Notes: a model not told the origin generated them from the sequence alone. A stretch of 64,000 nucleotides of DNA from an uncultured Chloroflexia bacterium (GCA_963827965.1 CAWHCW010000004.1:69029-133028), one strand, 5' to 3'; positions 19,618 through 32,556 are shown, numbered from the stretch's first letter. A program made the numbers and translations.

Positions 19618-19634
19618 ATACCCCCAGGGAGTAT
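19618..19634. promoter_or_regulatory. 17-bp GC-cored pseudo-palindrome ATACCCCCAGGGAGTAT just upstream of copA; CsoR-type operator look-alike
   Basis: The reverse complement differs at one symmetric pair only. It ends 15 nt before the copA ATG. TTGACC at 19575-19580 and TTGCAG at 19611-19616 are possible -35 elements. Confidence 0.4.
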
Positions 19635-19649
19635 CTGGAGACCGACCTG

Positions 19650-22151
<2,502 letters not shown>

Positions 22152-23404
22152 TCTTCGCCACGCGGGCGGTCCGGATGTTCGGCTACGGCCTGATCTCCGT
22201 CGTCCTGGTGCTCTACCTCGCGGCGATCGGGCTGTCGGGCGCGGAGATCGGCATCGTCCTCGCCCTGACGCTGCTCGGGGATGCCGCCATCTCGCTGTGG
22301 CTCACCACCCACGCGGATCGTGTGGGGCGGCGACGCGTCCTCCTGGCCGGCGCGCTTCTCATGGTGGCGGCTGCCGCCGCCTTCGCCGCGTCGACGTGGC
22401 TGCCGCTGCTCGTCGTCGCGGCGACGGTCGGCGTGATCAGCCCCAGCGGCAACGAGGTCGGCCCGTTCCTCGCCGTGGAGCAGGCCGCCCTCACCCAGGT
22501 CACGCCCGACACCGATCGGACCACCCTCTTCGCCTGGTTCAACCTGGTGGGGTCGTTCGCGACGGCCGGCGGGGCCCTGGCGGGCGGGGCGCTCGCGGGC
22601 GGACTGATCGCGGCCGGGTTCGCCGCGGCAGACGGGTACCGCCTGGTGATCGTCGCCTACGCCTTCGTCGGCCTCGCGCTCGGCGGCCTCTTCTCGCTGG
22701 TCTCCCCGGGGGTCGAGGTCCCGCGCGCGCCGGACGTCTCCATCGGCCGGCGGCTCGGCCTCCATCGCTCACAGGGGACGGTGGCCCACCTCTCGATCCT
22801 CTTCGGGCTCGATGCGTTCGGCGGCGGGTTCGTCGTCCAGTCCCTGGTCGCCTACTGGTTCCACCTGCGCTTCGGGGCGGATCCGGCCTTGATCGGGGCA
22901 GTCCTCTTCGCCGCGAATCTCCTGGCCGGGATCTCGGCCCTCGTCGCAGGGCGGATCGCGGCGCGGATCGGCCTCATCGAGACGATGGTCGTGACGCACC
23001 TCCCCTCCAACGTCCTGCTCATCCTCGTGCCGCTCATGCCGACGCTCCCGCTCGCGGCCGCCGTCCTGCTCGCCCGGTTCTCCATCAGCCAGATGGACGT
23101 TCCGACCCGCCAGTCCTACACGATGGCGGTCGTCGATCCCGACGAACGGTCGGCCGCGGCGGGCATCACCGGCATCGCCCGCAGCGTCGGTGCCTCCATC
23201 TCGCCGCTGATCGCCGCCCCGCTGGTGGGGGTCGCCGGGCTCGCGAGCCTGCCGTTCGTGCTGGCGGGAGGCGTGAAGATCGCCTACGACCTGCTCCTGT
23301 GGAGGTCGTTCCGGGGGTCCCGCGCCGCGGATCGCTAGGGGACGAGCAGGACCTGAGGCTCCGCCGCGGCCGCCTAGACCAGCGCCTTGGTGCGATCGAG
23401 GCCG

Positions 23405-23712
23405 TCAGAGCGGCCGCCGCATCCCGGCGAGGGCGCCCGGGACGGCGAACGGGACCGCCGGCGATCGCCGCTCCCACCGAGGCGACGATCAGGACGAGCC
23501 CGAGCGGGCGGGCGTCGCGCACGAACATCACCGCCACGGCGAGGAAGATCGTGGCAATCGCCAGGATCATCGCGAACCCGACGCCCATCGACGGCGGCAG
23601 CGGGCCGCCGGCGGCGAACACGAAGCCGACGCCGGCGATGCCGAGGCCCATGATCGCGCCGGCAGCTCGAGGACACCGGCGACGACGCCCAGGAAGAACG
23701 CAGGTAGCGCAT
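23405..23712 (-). CDS. Hypothetical small membrane protein (frameshifted; boundaries approximate)
   Basis: ATG at 23712. Hydrophobic core MGLGIAGVGFVFAAGGPLPPSMGVGFAMILAIATIFLAVAVMFVRDARPLGLVLIVASVGAAIAGGP from track ORF 23166-23651. Confidence 0.35.
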
Positions 23713-23783
23713 GGTCCGGCCTCCGGGTGCGAACGGAGGCCACGCCGGCCGCTTGGGCGACCGGCGTGGCCCGGGACGAGCGG

Positions 23784-24150
23784 TCAGGCCTTGGCGGCGA
23801 AGATCTCGAAGACCGGCGGGAACGTGAGGAGGAACCCGCCCGCGACGAGGATCAGGGCGATGGTCGAGGACCGGTCCGAACGTGACCTCCTTGCCCCGGA
23901 AGCACGCAGGTGCGAGGACGAGCCAGGAGACCGAGGAACGCGAGGATGGCCAGGATCGCCTTGCCGGAGAGCGGGCCGACGCCGCTGCCGAGCCCGAAGT
24001 TCGCGTCGAACTTCAGGAAGTTGCTGATGTCGGCGCTGATCTCGTTCAGGACGACGATGAGGCCCATGACGAAGGAGCCGATCCCGGCGCGAGGAACACG
24101 GCCGCGACGGGCCCGTTGGGCTTGGTCTGAACGGTGTCGGGTGTCTGCAT
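23784..24150 (-). CDS. Hypothetical membrane protein (frameshifted)
   Basis: ATG at 24150 preceded by GAGGAGG. Pieces MGLIVVLNEISADISNFLKFDANFGLGSGVGPLSGKAILAILAFL (track ORF 23852-24067) and STIALILVAGGFLLTFPPVFEIFAAKA, ending at 23784. Confidence 0.4.
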
Positions 24151-24160
24151 CGTGGCCTCC

Positions 24161-24366
24161 TCAGGCGACCGGGGCGGCCTTGGTGATCAGCGCGCCGAAC
24201 AGGCCCGCGACCCCGGCGGCCGCGAAGGCGAGCGGTGAAGAAGATGAGGAGCGCGCGGCGGATGTCGCCGCGGCGGAGCGAGCTGGGCGCCGTAGTAGAG
24301 GACCGCGACGGCGACGGCGGTGGCGAGGAACGGGGCGAGGAAGGCGACGTGCTCCTTCCACTCCAT
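24161..24366 (-). CDS. Hypothetical small membrane protein (frameshifted)
   Basis: MEWKEHVAFLAPFLATAVAVAVLYYGAQLA starts at 24366. C-terminal piece AAAGVAGLFGALITKAAPVA ends at 24161, 10 nt before the next gene start. Confidence 0.3.
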
Positions 24367-24864
24367 GCCGAGGACGAGTTCTTCGATGTCCGCCGCATCC
24401 CGTGCGACACGCCGGCACGGCGGCGAAGTCGTTCCTGGTCGCGAACCACCCGGGCAGCACCCGTACCCGGGCATCGACGGCCGGTGCAATCGTCACGATA
24501 CGAGCATCGCCTGTCGGCCCGCGTTCGCGACCTGGACCGGGAGCGGCCTTCGGCGACCAGGATCTCCGTGCGAGATCAGCTACTTCGGCCCGACGGAGGA
24601 GACTGCTGGAATTCCGGCATCCGCACGGTCCAGCGCTACCATGGCCCTCGCCGACGGCTCGCTCGCCGAGCGCTCCTACCGGCGGCGCCAACGCCGTAGG
24701 CCGGGACCGGCTGTTCACCGGAATCCCGGATCGTGAAGATCCGAATTCCCAACAGCTCAGCTGCTGGCAGCTGCCCGCGACCTGGGAGGATGCCAGCGTC
24801 GCGGGCCCGGCGGCACCGACGCGACGGCCCGATCTGCGATCCGGGACGGTCAGGCGCGGAGGGC

Positions 24865-24886
24865 GCGCACCGGCTCGCCGGTGCGC
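24865..24886 (-). terminator. Hairpin (9-bp perfect GC-rich stem, 4-nt loop) just downstream of the last MttB-family gene
   Basis: gcgcaccgg (24865-24873) pairs with ccggtgcgc (24878-24886). It begins 9 nt beyond the stop at 24895-24897. Confidence 0.5.
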
Positions 24887-24894
24887 ACCGCAGA

Positions 24895-26388
24895 TCACAG
24901 CAGCGCGGCGGCCACCCCCGGCAGCTCCCCGGCCAGCCCGAAGGGGGCGCCGGCGGCGCGAACCAGCTCCTCCATCGCCGCCTGGATCGACGGATCCAGC
25001 GCCGGCCGCGCGTAGGCCGCCAGCAGATCCTCGACCCGGGACCGCGCCCGCGTCGCGGCGTCCGGCCGGCCGCCGTCCTCCCAGGCCCGCAGCGAGGCCC
25101 GGTCGATGACCGCCGAGGGGAGCGCCTGCTCGCTCCGGAAGAGCCGTCGCGTCTCGGTCAGCTCCAGGAAGCGGGCCTCGGGACCGGCCGCCCGGATCAT
25201 CGCCGTCGCCAGCGTCTCGGTGGGCGTCGCGATCCCGCGGATGAGCCGCTGGGCCATCGCGATCCCCTCCGCGTCGAGGACCAGCTTCTCCGCGCTCTGG
25301 CAGCGCAGCGAGTCGAGCATCCCGGAGCCCGAGATCATGTCGATCCCGGCCAGGGCGCCGACGAGCGCGCCCATGCCGCTCTCCAGGCCGGCCTGGTGGT
25401 CGATCATCTTGCCGTCGGTGGCCCCGAGGTAGCCGTGGGTGGGCAGGTTGAGGTCCTTCCCCACCTGGCTGTAGGCGGCGTCGAGCATGGCCGTCTCGAT
25501 GGCGCCCATCGGGGTGACGCCGGTCCGCATGTCGACGATCGCCGGGGCGCCGCCCCACACGATCGGCGCGCCCGCGGCGGCCAGCTGGTGGATCGCGATC
25601 CCCGCCAGGCACTCCGCGGCGTGCTGGACCACGGACCCCACGAGGGTGACGGGCGCGGCGCCGCCGGCCAGCGGCATCGAGACCATCTCGGCGGGGACGC
25701 CGGCGCGGGCGAGGTCGATCAGGTTGCGGGCCCCGAAGGCGGTCCAGGTGAGCGGCGGCGAGGGGCAGACGTCGAAGACGGCCCGCGGCCGTGCGGCCAG
25801 CGCGGCGCGCCCCCCGGCGTCGAGCGCCAGGAGGTCGATCATGGCGGCCGTCCCGTCGGGGCTGAAGGCCCCGGTCACGACCGGCTTGGCCGAGCCGAGC
25901 AGGACGAGGAAGAGCCGGTAGAGGTCGCCGATCTCGGCGGGGGCGTCGCTGCAGATGATGGCCGTGGACTGGGCCGCGTAGGCCGGGAGCATCTCCGCGA
26001 CTCGCACGAGGCGGACGAGGTCGGCGGACTGCGACGGCCGGTGGTCGCCGGTGACCGGGTCCAGGACGTTGACGCCCGACGAGCCGGGGTCGAACTGGAC
26101 GACGCCGGCCCCGTAGCGGACGGCCGGGGCGCCGGCGCGATCGAAGAGGTCGAAGGAGGCGGGCACGGTCGCCAGCGCGCCCTCGACCAGGGCGGTCGGA
26201 ATCCGGACGATCTCGCCCTCGACGACGGCGCCCGCAGCGGCGAGGAGGCGGATCGCCTCCGCGTCCTGGACCCGGACGCCGGGGTCGCGGAGGAGCTCGT
26301 AGGCCTCGTCGAGGATCCGCCCGACCAGGTCCGGTCCGAGGAGCCGGAGGACCGGGCGGAGGGGCGCCGCGCCGGCGGTCGGGCTCAC
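24895..26388 (-). CDS. MttB-superfamily (trimethylamine methyltransferase-like) corrinoid-dependent methyltransferase, non-pyrrolysine type, paralogue 3
   Basis: GTG at 26388 overlaps the upstream stop (GTGA). Uninterrupted 497 aa: LLGPDLVGRILDEAYELLRDPGVRV, VLDPVTGDHRPSQSADLVRLVRVAEML, MVSMPLAGGAAPVTLVGSVVQHAAECLAG, GIDMISGSGMLDSLRCQSAEKLVLDAE. No in-frame TAG. Confidence 0.88.
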   Translation of the reverse strand: MSPTAGAAPLRPVLRLLGPDLVGRILDEAYELLRDPGVRVQDAEAIRLLAAAGAVVEGEIVRIPTALVEGALATVPASFDLFDRAGAPAVRYGAGVVQFDPGSSGVNVLDPVTGDHRPSQSADLVRLVRVAEMLPAYAAQSTAIICSDAPAEIGDLYRLFLVLLGSAKPVVTGAFSPDGTAAMIDLLALDAGGRAALAARPRAVFDVCPSPPLTWTAFGARNLIDLARAGVPAEMVSMPLAGGAAPVTLVGSVVQHAAECLAGIAIHQLAAAGAPIVWGGAPAIVDMRTGVTPMGAIETAMLDAAYSQVGKDLNLPTHGYLGATDGKMIDHQAGLESGMGALVGALAGIDMISGSGMLDSLRCQSAEKLVLDAEGIAMAQRLIRGIATPTETLATAMIRAAGPEARFLELTETRRLFRSEQALPSAVIDRASLRAWEDGGRPDAATRARSRVEDLLAAYARPALDPSIQAAMEELVRAAGAPFGLAGELPGVAAALL

Positions 26389-27897
26389 TGCCCGGCCCCG
26401 GCGAGGAGCATCGCGTCGACGACGGTGGGCGCCGGCTCGATCCCGGCCTCCCGCTCGACGGCGCCGACCATCGCGGCCATCTCGCGGGCGAGGGCAGGCT
26501 CCAGGCGCTCGGGCTCGTGGCCGGCCAGGAGCTCGCGGGCCTTCGCGTTCGGCCCAGGCCCGCGGCCCGCCGCCCTCGGCCTCCACGACGCCCATCGGGC
26601 GGCGGTCCATGAAGCGCGTCTTCCACAGCGAGCGCATGTGGCGCCGGGTGTGGGGCGACGTCAGGTAGTCGCCCGCCGGCCCGACCGCGGCGATCGCGTC
26701 GAGCGCGAGCGACTCGTCGTCGACCGGGATGCCCTTCAGGGTGGCCCGCACGATCGAGTAGATCTCGGCGTCGAGGAGGAGCTGCTCGTGGGAGAAGATC
26801 CGGCTCCCGTTGAGGAGCCCCAGGCCCAGCAGCATGTCCGATCCGGAGGCCGCGGCCAGGAAGGACGAGAGGGCGTTCTCGACGCCGGCCTGCCAGTCGG
26901 GCGCCTTGGCGCCGGTGGCGAAGGCCCCCATCGAGAGCGGGACGTGGTAGAAGTCGGCGAGCTGGTTGGTCGCCGCCCCGAAGAGGAAGTCCTCCGGGCC
27001 GCCGCCGGTGTAGGCGCCGGAGCGGAGGTCGATCGCCGTCTGCGCGGCCGCGTAGTAGACCGGCGAGCCGGGGTAGGCGATCTGCATGAGCGCGAGCGCC
27101 GCGACCACCTCGGCGTTGCCGACGACGAGCGACCCGGCCACCGTGGCCGGCCCGGTGAACGCCGCCGACGCCATCGTCATGTAGCCGACCGGGATCCCCG
27201 CCTCGGCGGCGACCAGGCCGGCGTCGATGCTCCCGCCGTCGTGGCCGAGCGGGCTGGTGGTGCACTGCATCATCGAGAGGACGGGGCGCGCCCGGAGAGC
27301 GTCGCGGCCGCCGACGATCGCGGCCGCCATCTCGACCGCGGCGCGCGCCTCGCGCTCGGTGACGATCGACTCGGTCTGGACGTGCTTCGTGCTGTTCGCC
27401 CAGCAGGCGAGCAGCTCGTGGAGCGACCGCGAGGGAGCCGGCCGGTCCTGGGCGGAGACGGGGATCCAGTGGAAGGCGACCTCGTCGAGCGCATCCGCGA
27501 GGCGGGCGATCTCGGCGACGTCGGAGAGGCGCGACGGGCGGCGCTCGCCGGTCTCGAGGTCGGCAGACCTCCACGCCGCAGCCGTCGGTGGCGGCGTAGA
27601 CGTGCTCGCCGTCGAGCGGCAGGTCGAGGGCCGCGTCGCGGGCGGCGAGCGTGTAGACGGGGGGCGCCGTCTTCAGGGCGGCCTCGATCATCGGCCGCCG
27701 GAGCCTTCACGACGAAGGTCGCGCGGTCGACCGTCGGCGCCCGCGGCGGCCCAGATGTCGAGGGCGCGCTCGGACGGGAAGCGGACGCCGACGTGCTCGA
27801 TGACGTGGAGCGTCGCCTCGTGGATCCGGGCAATGGCGTCGGCGTCGAGCGCCTCGATCCGCAGGCCGGGCCCGATCGGGTTCAGGGGCGCGCTCAC
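26385..27897 (-). CDS. MttB-superfamily methyltransferase, non-pyrrolysine type, paralogue 2 (frameshifted as given)
   Basis: GTG at 27897. LRIEALDADAIARIHEATLHVIEHVGVRF, MIEAALKTAPPVYTL, ADLETGERRPSRLSDVAEIARLADAL, MMQCTTSPLGHDGGSIDAGL, GYMTMASAAFTGPATVAGSLVVGNAEV, GSDMLLGLGLLNGSRIFSHEQLLLDAEIY. At least four frame hops (27750-27560 and near 26540). Confidence 0.85.
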
Positions 27898-28594
27898 CGG
27901 GTCGCTCCTTCCGCCGCCGGCCGGCCGCGCTTCCGCCGACCCGTCCGCCGCGCCCATGAGGCGCTTGGCGAGCTCGACCGCGCCCATCGCGTCCTCGGAG
28001 TACCCGTCGGCGCCGATCTCGTGCGGCCCACGAGCCCGTCACGGGGGCGCCGCCGACCATCACCTTGAGCGGCGGGCGCAGGCCCGCCTCGGCGAGCGCG
28101 GCGATGACGGCGCGCTGGCCGGTCATCGTGGTGGTCAGGAGCGCCGAGAGGCCGACGATGTCGGCGCGATGCTCGCGGGCGGCCGCGACGAAGCGCTCCG
28201 GGGAGACGTTGACGCCGAGGTCGTGGACCTCGAAGCCGGAGGTGGACAGGAGCATCCCCACGAGGTTCTTGCCGATCTCGTGGATGTCGCCGGCCACGGT
28301 GCCGATCACGACGCGGCCGCTGACGGTCCGCTCGGTCGCGCTCGCCTTGAGCTCGGGCTCCAGCACGCCGAGGGCGCGCTGCATGGCGCGGGCCGCCAGC
28401 ATCATGTCGGGCAGGAAGAGGTCGCCCGCGGCGAATCCCGCCCCGACCTCCTTCATGCCGACCATGAAGCCCTCGTCGATGGCCGCCAGCGGCGGGATGC
28501 CGGCCGCGATCGCGGCCCTCGCCGCGGCCTCGGCGGCGTCGGCGTCGCCGTCGATGACGGCCTGGCGCATGGCCTGGAACTCGGTGTCGGTCAT
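27894..28594 (-). CDS. Cobalamin-binding corrinoid protein (MtbC/MttC/MtgC-like); 3' end uncertain
   Basis: ATG at 28594 behind GAGGAG. N-terminal helical cap MTDTEFQAMRQAVIDGD. B12-binding DxHxxG motif in GTVAGDIHEIGKNLV. SALLTTTM, KVMVGGAPVT, EIGADGYSEDAMGAVELAKRL. Frame hop near 28030. As given, the last frame reads straight into the next MttB gene. Confidence 0.85.
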
Positions 28595-28694
28595 GGGAGC
28601 TGCTCCTCGGTGCGTGGGGGGGGCGCGTAGCGGGGGTGCGTGGCGGGAGACGCCGGCCCCGGGCGCGGGGCCGACGAGTCGGTGCGGCCGACCG

Positions 28695-30141
28695 TCAGAG
28701 GCCGGCGGCGGCCTGGACGCGATCGACGACGGCGCGGACGGCGCCCTCGACGTCGGGGGCGAGCGGGGCCGGGGCGTGGCTCGCCAGCAGCTCCTCCACG
28801 CGATCCGCGGCCCGCTGGGCCATGGTCGTCGCGCCGCCGGCGCGCCACGCCTCGTATCCCCGCCGGTCGATGAGCGTCGGGTACCAGCGCTCGCGGTAGT
28901 GGGTGAACGTGTGGTCCGTCTCGAGGTAGGAGCCATCGACGCCGTGGGCCTCGACGAGGTCGAGGGCCAGCGCTTCGTCGGAGACGTCGACGGGCCGGAC
29001 GAGGGCGTTGATCCAGCCGGCCAGCTCGTCGCAGATCGCGAGCTGGACGAGCGAGCCGGTGAGGCCCGACTCGAGGTACCCGCAGTCGTGGATGAGGTGG
29101 CCGCCGGCCAGGGCGTCGGCGAGCATCGTCATGCCCGCTTCGGCCGCCGACTGCTCGTCGACCGTCTTCGAGTCGCTCCGCCGCGCCGAGGCTGAACATG
29201 GGGAGGCCCCAGCGGTGGGCCAGGGAGGCGGCGACGCCCTTCGGCTCGGGTCCGGCGTACGGGTCGACCATGGTCCGCAGGTCGAGCGAATCGCCCCCGA
29301 AGGCCGGCACGACGACGGGGGCGCCCTCGCGGGCCAGCTGCGCGATCACGACGCCGGCCAGGATCCCGGCCGTGTTGATGGCGATCGTGCCGGCAAGGGT
29401 GATGGGGCCGGTCGTCCCCCCCGAGGTGACCGGGATCCAGAGCGCCGGGATGCCGCGCTCGGCGCAGGCGAGGAGCTTGCGGACCGAGTCCTCGTTGAAG
29501 AGGAGGCCCCGGGTGACGTTGATGTAGACGCCCAGCTGGGGCCGCTCCGCGTGGGCCTCGCGGCCGCCGGCCACGATCTCGGCCATCTCGAGCCCGTCGA
29601 GCATGCCCGCCAGGTCGTACGTCACCAGCACGATCGGCTTGTGGGTGCGGGCCAGCAGCTCCGCCGCCTGGTACCGGTCGGCGAGGGTCTGGTCGACGTC
29701 CGCCGGGAGGAACATCGACATGACGAAGTCGATGTTCGGGAGGGCGTCGGCCAGGGCCAGGCCTTCGCGGAGATCGGCGCTGGTCGCCCGCCGCCGCTCG
29801 CCGGTCCGGTGGTCGAGGACGTTCAGGCAGTCCGAGCCGGTCCCGAAGAAGTGGTTCCGACCGGCCAGGTGGAGGGCGGGTTGGCCGGCGCGATCGTGGA
29901 GAACGACCTCCTTGGGCGCCGTCTCGAGCGCCCAGCGCACGAGACGCTCGGGGATGCGGGCGCGGGACCCGTCGACGTCGGCGCCGGCGTCGCGCAGCAG
30001 GTCGAGCGCCTGCGGGACGGGGATCTGCACGCCGGTTCGCTCGAGGATGCCGAAGGCGGCCTCTTCCAGTCGGGCGGCCGCGGCCGGGCCCAGGCGGTCC
30101 CAGCGCGGGGTTTCGCGAGGCGTCTCGCGCGTCAGCGTCAC
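28695..30141 (-). CDS. MttB-superfamily methyltransferase, non-pyrrolysine type, paralogue 1 (one frameshift as given)
   Basis: GTG at 30141 behind GGAGGAGG. LEEAAFGILERTGVQIP, VLDHRTGERRRATSADLREGLALADALPNIDFVMSMF, WIPVTSGGTTGPITLAGTIAINTAGILAG, then (track ORF 28695-29132) GGHLIHDCGYLESGLTGSLVQLAICDE..YLETDHTFTHYRERWYP. Frame hop near 29155. Confidence 0.88.
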
Positions 30142-30597
30142 GTTGCCTCCTCCAGCTCAACCACTTGGCCGATGCGGCACCCCGTCCTGCGAGGGTGGAC
30201 GGCGCGGTCCAGCGCCGGACAGGGACCTTTGGCCCGATTCCGGCCCTGTCGGCCGGGAGGCGGCAGCGAGGGCGCGGCGGCGGGTGTCCGGGCAGGCCGC
30301 GGTCGCGCTTGGCCCCGCTCATTCCGAGAAGGCCGGCGACGAGCGCAGTGCGGTGGTGGCCTCTCTATCGTTCGATACAGATGCGGGCCGTCGACCGGAC
30401 CGTCCCATACGGGTCGAGCCCGTCGGATTGTGCCACGGGACGGATGGTCCGACGCCCGGTCTGCCTCGAGAATGCGTTCCAGGTGTCACGCCGCGGCGCG
30501 ATCCGCGGTCCCGAGCGCAGCAACCCCTCGACGGCTGGCGAACGCCTCCGGCTGGCGTGCGGGACGGAGATTTGAGCGAATTGAGAAGGTTCGAGCG

Positions 30598-31357
30598 ATG
30601 CGGGCGACCGAGCCGGATCCCGTTGAGCGCCCGCCGGGACCCCGGGGCGGTCGCCGCATCGCCGACCCCGACCTCCGACTGGGTCTCCATCCGCGAGGCC
30701 AGCGCGCTGCTCGGCGTCTCCCCCGCCACCCTCCGTCGCTGGGCAGAGGCGGGCGAGGTCCCGGCCTTCACGACGCCGGGCGGCCACCGCCGCTTCTCCC
30801 GGGCCGCCCTCGCCGCCCGCCTGCCGGGCGTGGCATCCGCGTCGTCGGCGCCGCCCGACCTGCTGCGCCTCGGCGAGACGGCCAGCGGCGTCGCCGAGCG
30901 CTACCGCCGCCGGGCCGCGGGAACGGCCGCCGCCGCGCCATGGCTCGGCTCCGTCCCCCAATCGTCGCTGGCCCGGCTCCGCGAGCAGGGTCGCGTGATC
31001 GTGGCGTCCCTCATCGCGTCGGTCGAGGCGACCGGGGATCGGGAGCGCGCGGCCGCGCTCGCCGCCGGGATGGACGTGGCGACCGACTACGGCCGGATCG
31101 CCGGCACGCTCGGGGCGACGATGCGCCAGACCGTCGCCACCTTCCTCCAGTTCCGCCGTCCCTTCGTCGACGAGATGGCAGCGGTCGCGCGGCGCCGCCA
31201 GCTCGACGCAACCGGTACCGCGGCCCTCCTGGGCGCGGCGGCGGCAGCGATCGACCGCCTGCTCGACGCGACGCTGGCGGGGTTCGAGCAGGCCATGACG
31301 CCGCGCACCGGACGCGCCCAGAGCGCGCGCCGGGGCCTCGAGGAGCCCGGTCGATGA
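30598..31357 (+). CDS. MerR/excisionase-type HTH DNA-binding protein with a C-terminal helical domain; start uncertain
   Basis: HTH WVSIREASALLGVSPATLRRWAEAGEVPAFTTPGGHRRFSRAAL, followed by ~170 aa of helical sequence, stop at 31357. The ATG at 30598 is in a different frame from the HTH. An in-frame TTG at 30623 is the alternative start. Confidence 0.6.
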
Positions 31358-31402
31358 TCATCGACCTGGCGTCCCGGGCGGCCTCGTTCCCGGCCCACGG
31401 CG

Positions 31403-32553
31403 ATGAGCCGGCCGACGATCGTCGCGGTCGTCCTCCACGCGCGGACCGTCCCGAGCCTCGCCCGCGAGGCCTTCGCGGAGGCCGTGGCGTCCCTCCCCGT
31501 CGACGAGCGGGTCATCGTCGTCCACACCTGTCATCGCGTGGAGCTCTACGTCGCGCCGGGCGCGGCCGGCATGCCCGCCCTGCCGCCCCTCCCGGCCGGG
31601 GCCGTGCGGCTCACCGACGTCGAGGCGGTCCGCCACCTGATCTCCGTCGCCTGCGGCCTCGACAGCGTCGTCTTCGGCGAGGACCAGATCCTCCACCAGG
31701 TCCGGACCTGCCTCGCGGAGCGCCACGCCGACGCGCCCCTCGATCCCGTCCTCGACCGGCTCTTCCAGGCCGCCCTGCGGGCCGGCCGCCGGGCCCACAC
31801 CTGGTTCGACGGCTCGCCGCGCTCGCTGGCCGACGTCGCGCTCGACCGGATCGCGCGGACGGCGGGCCCCCTCGCGGGGCGCACCGTGCTCGTCGCCGGC
31901 GTCGGCCGGATGGGGCGCCTGGCGGCGTTCGCGGCACACCGGCGCGGGGCCGGGTCGTCGTCACGAACCGCACCGACGAGCGGGCCGCCACGCTGGCCGC
32001 CGAGGTCGGCGGGCACGCCGTCCCGTTCGCCGCAGATGGCGTCCTGCCCCCGCTCGACGGCGCGATCGTCGCCCTCGCCGGGCCGTGGCGGCCGGGCCCC
32101 GTCGATGCCGCCGCGCTGGCGGACTCGGCGGCCGAGGTCGTCGACCTCTCGTCGCCGCCATCGGTCGCGGAGGCGCTCCAGGCCGCGCTCGGGCCGCGCT
32201 TCACGTCGGTCGACGACCTGACCGTCGCCCCCGAGTTCGAGCCCCAGGACCGCCTGCGTCGCCGCCTCGAGAAGCTCATCTCCGAGACGGGTCGCGAGTA
32301 CTGCCAGTGGCTGCGGGCCCGCGACGTCGTGCCGGTCATCCAGGCCGTCGCCGACGGCGCCGAGGCGCTCCGCCGATCGGAGGTGGAGTGGCTCCTCCAC
32401 CGCCTGCCCGACCTCGCCGACGATGAGCGCGCCATCGTCGAGCAGATGAGCCACCGGCTGGTGGCGGCCCTCCTCCACGCCCCCCTCGCGGCCCTCCACG
32501 ACGACGACGCCGGCTCCCTGGAGCGGGCCGCGCGCGATCTCTTCCGGGTCTGA
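31403..32553 (+). CDS. hemA: Glutamyl-tRNA reductase (one frameshift as given)
   Basis: MSRPTIVAVVLHARTVPSLAREAF, VHTCHRVELY (catalytic Cys), GEDQILHQV, VLVAGVGRMG, then the C-terminal dimerisation helix EKLISETGREYCQWL..AALLHAPL. Frame hop near 31950. Confidence 0.9.
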
Positions 32554-32556
32554 GCC

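Noticed and set aside
24895-30141. Pyrrolysine (in-frame TAG) recoding in the MttB genes, and selenocysteine (TGA) in the molybdoenzyme at 6667-9207
   Set aside because: Paralogue 3 is a single uninterrupted frame. The interruptions in the other MttB genes and in the molybdoenzyme are frame hops where the old frame stays open, not in-frame stop codons at conserved positions.
30142-30420. Cobalamin riboswitch in the leader of the corrinoid-dependent MttB operon
   Set aside because: Reading the minus strand, I found no B12-box (GCCACTG-type core) and none of the usual GGGAA..GGTG..CCGC arrangement. Only generic GC-rich hairpins are present. The region is kept as an unexplained structured leader.
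31354-31402. Alternative hemA start at ATG 31354 in ATGA overlap with the MerR-type gene stop
   Set aside because: That frame gives MIIDLASRAASFPAHGDEPADDRRG, which does not resemble HemA. The ATG at 31403 gives the canonical IVAVVLHARTVPSLAREAF N-terminus in the correct frame.
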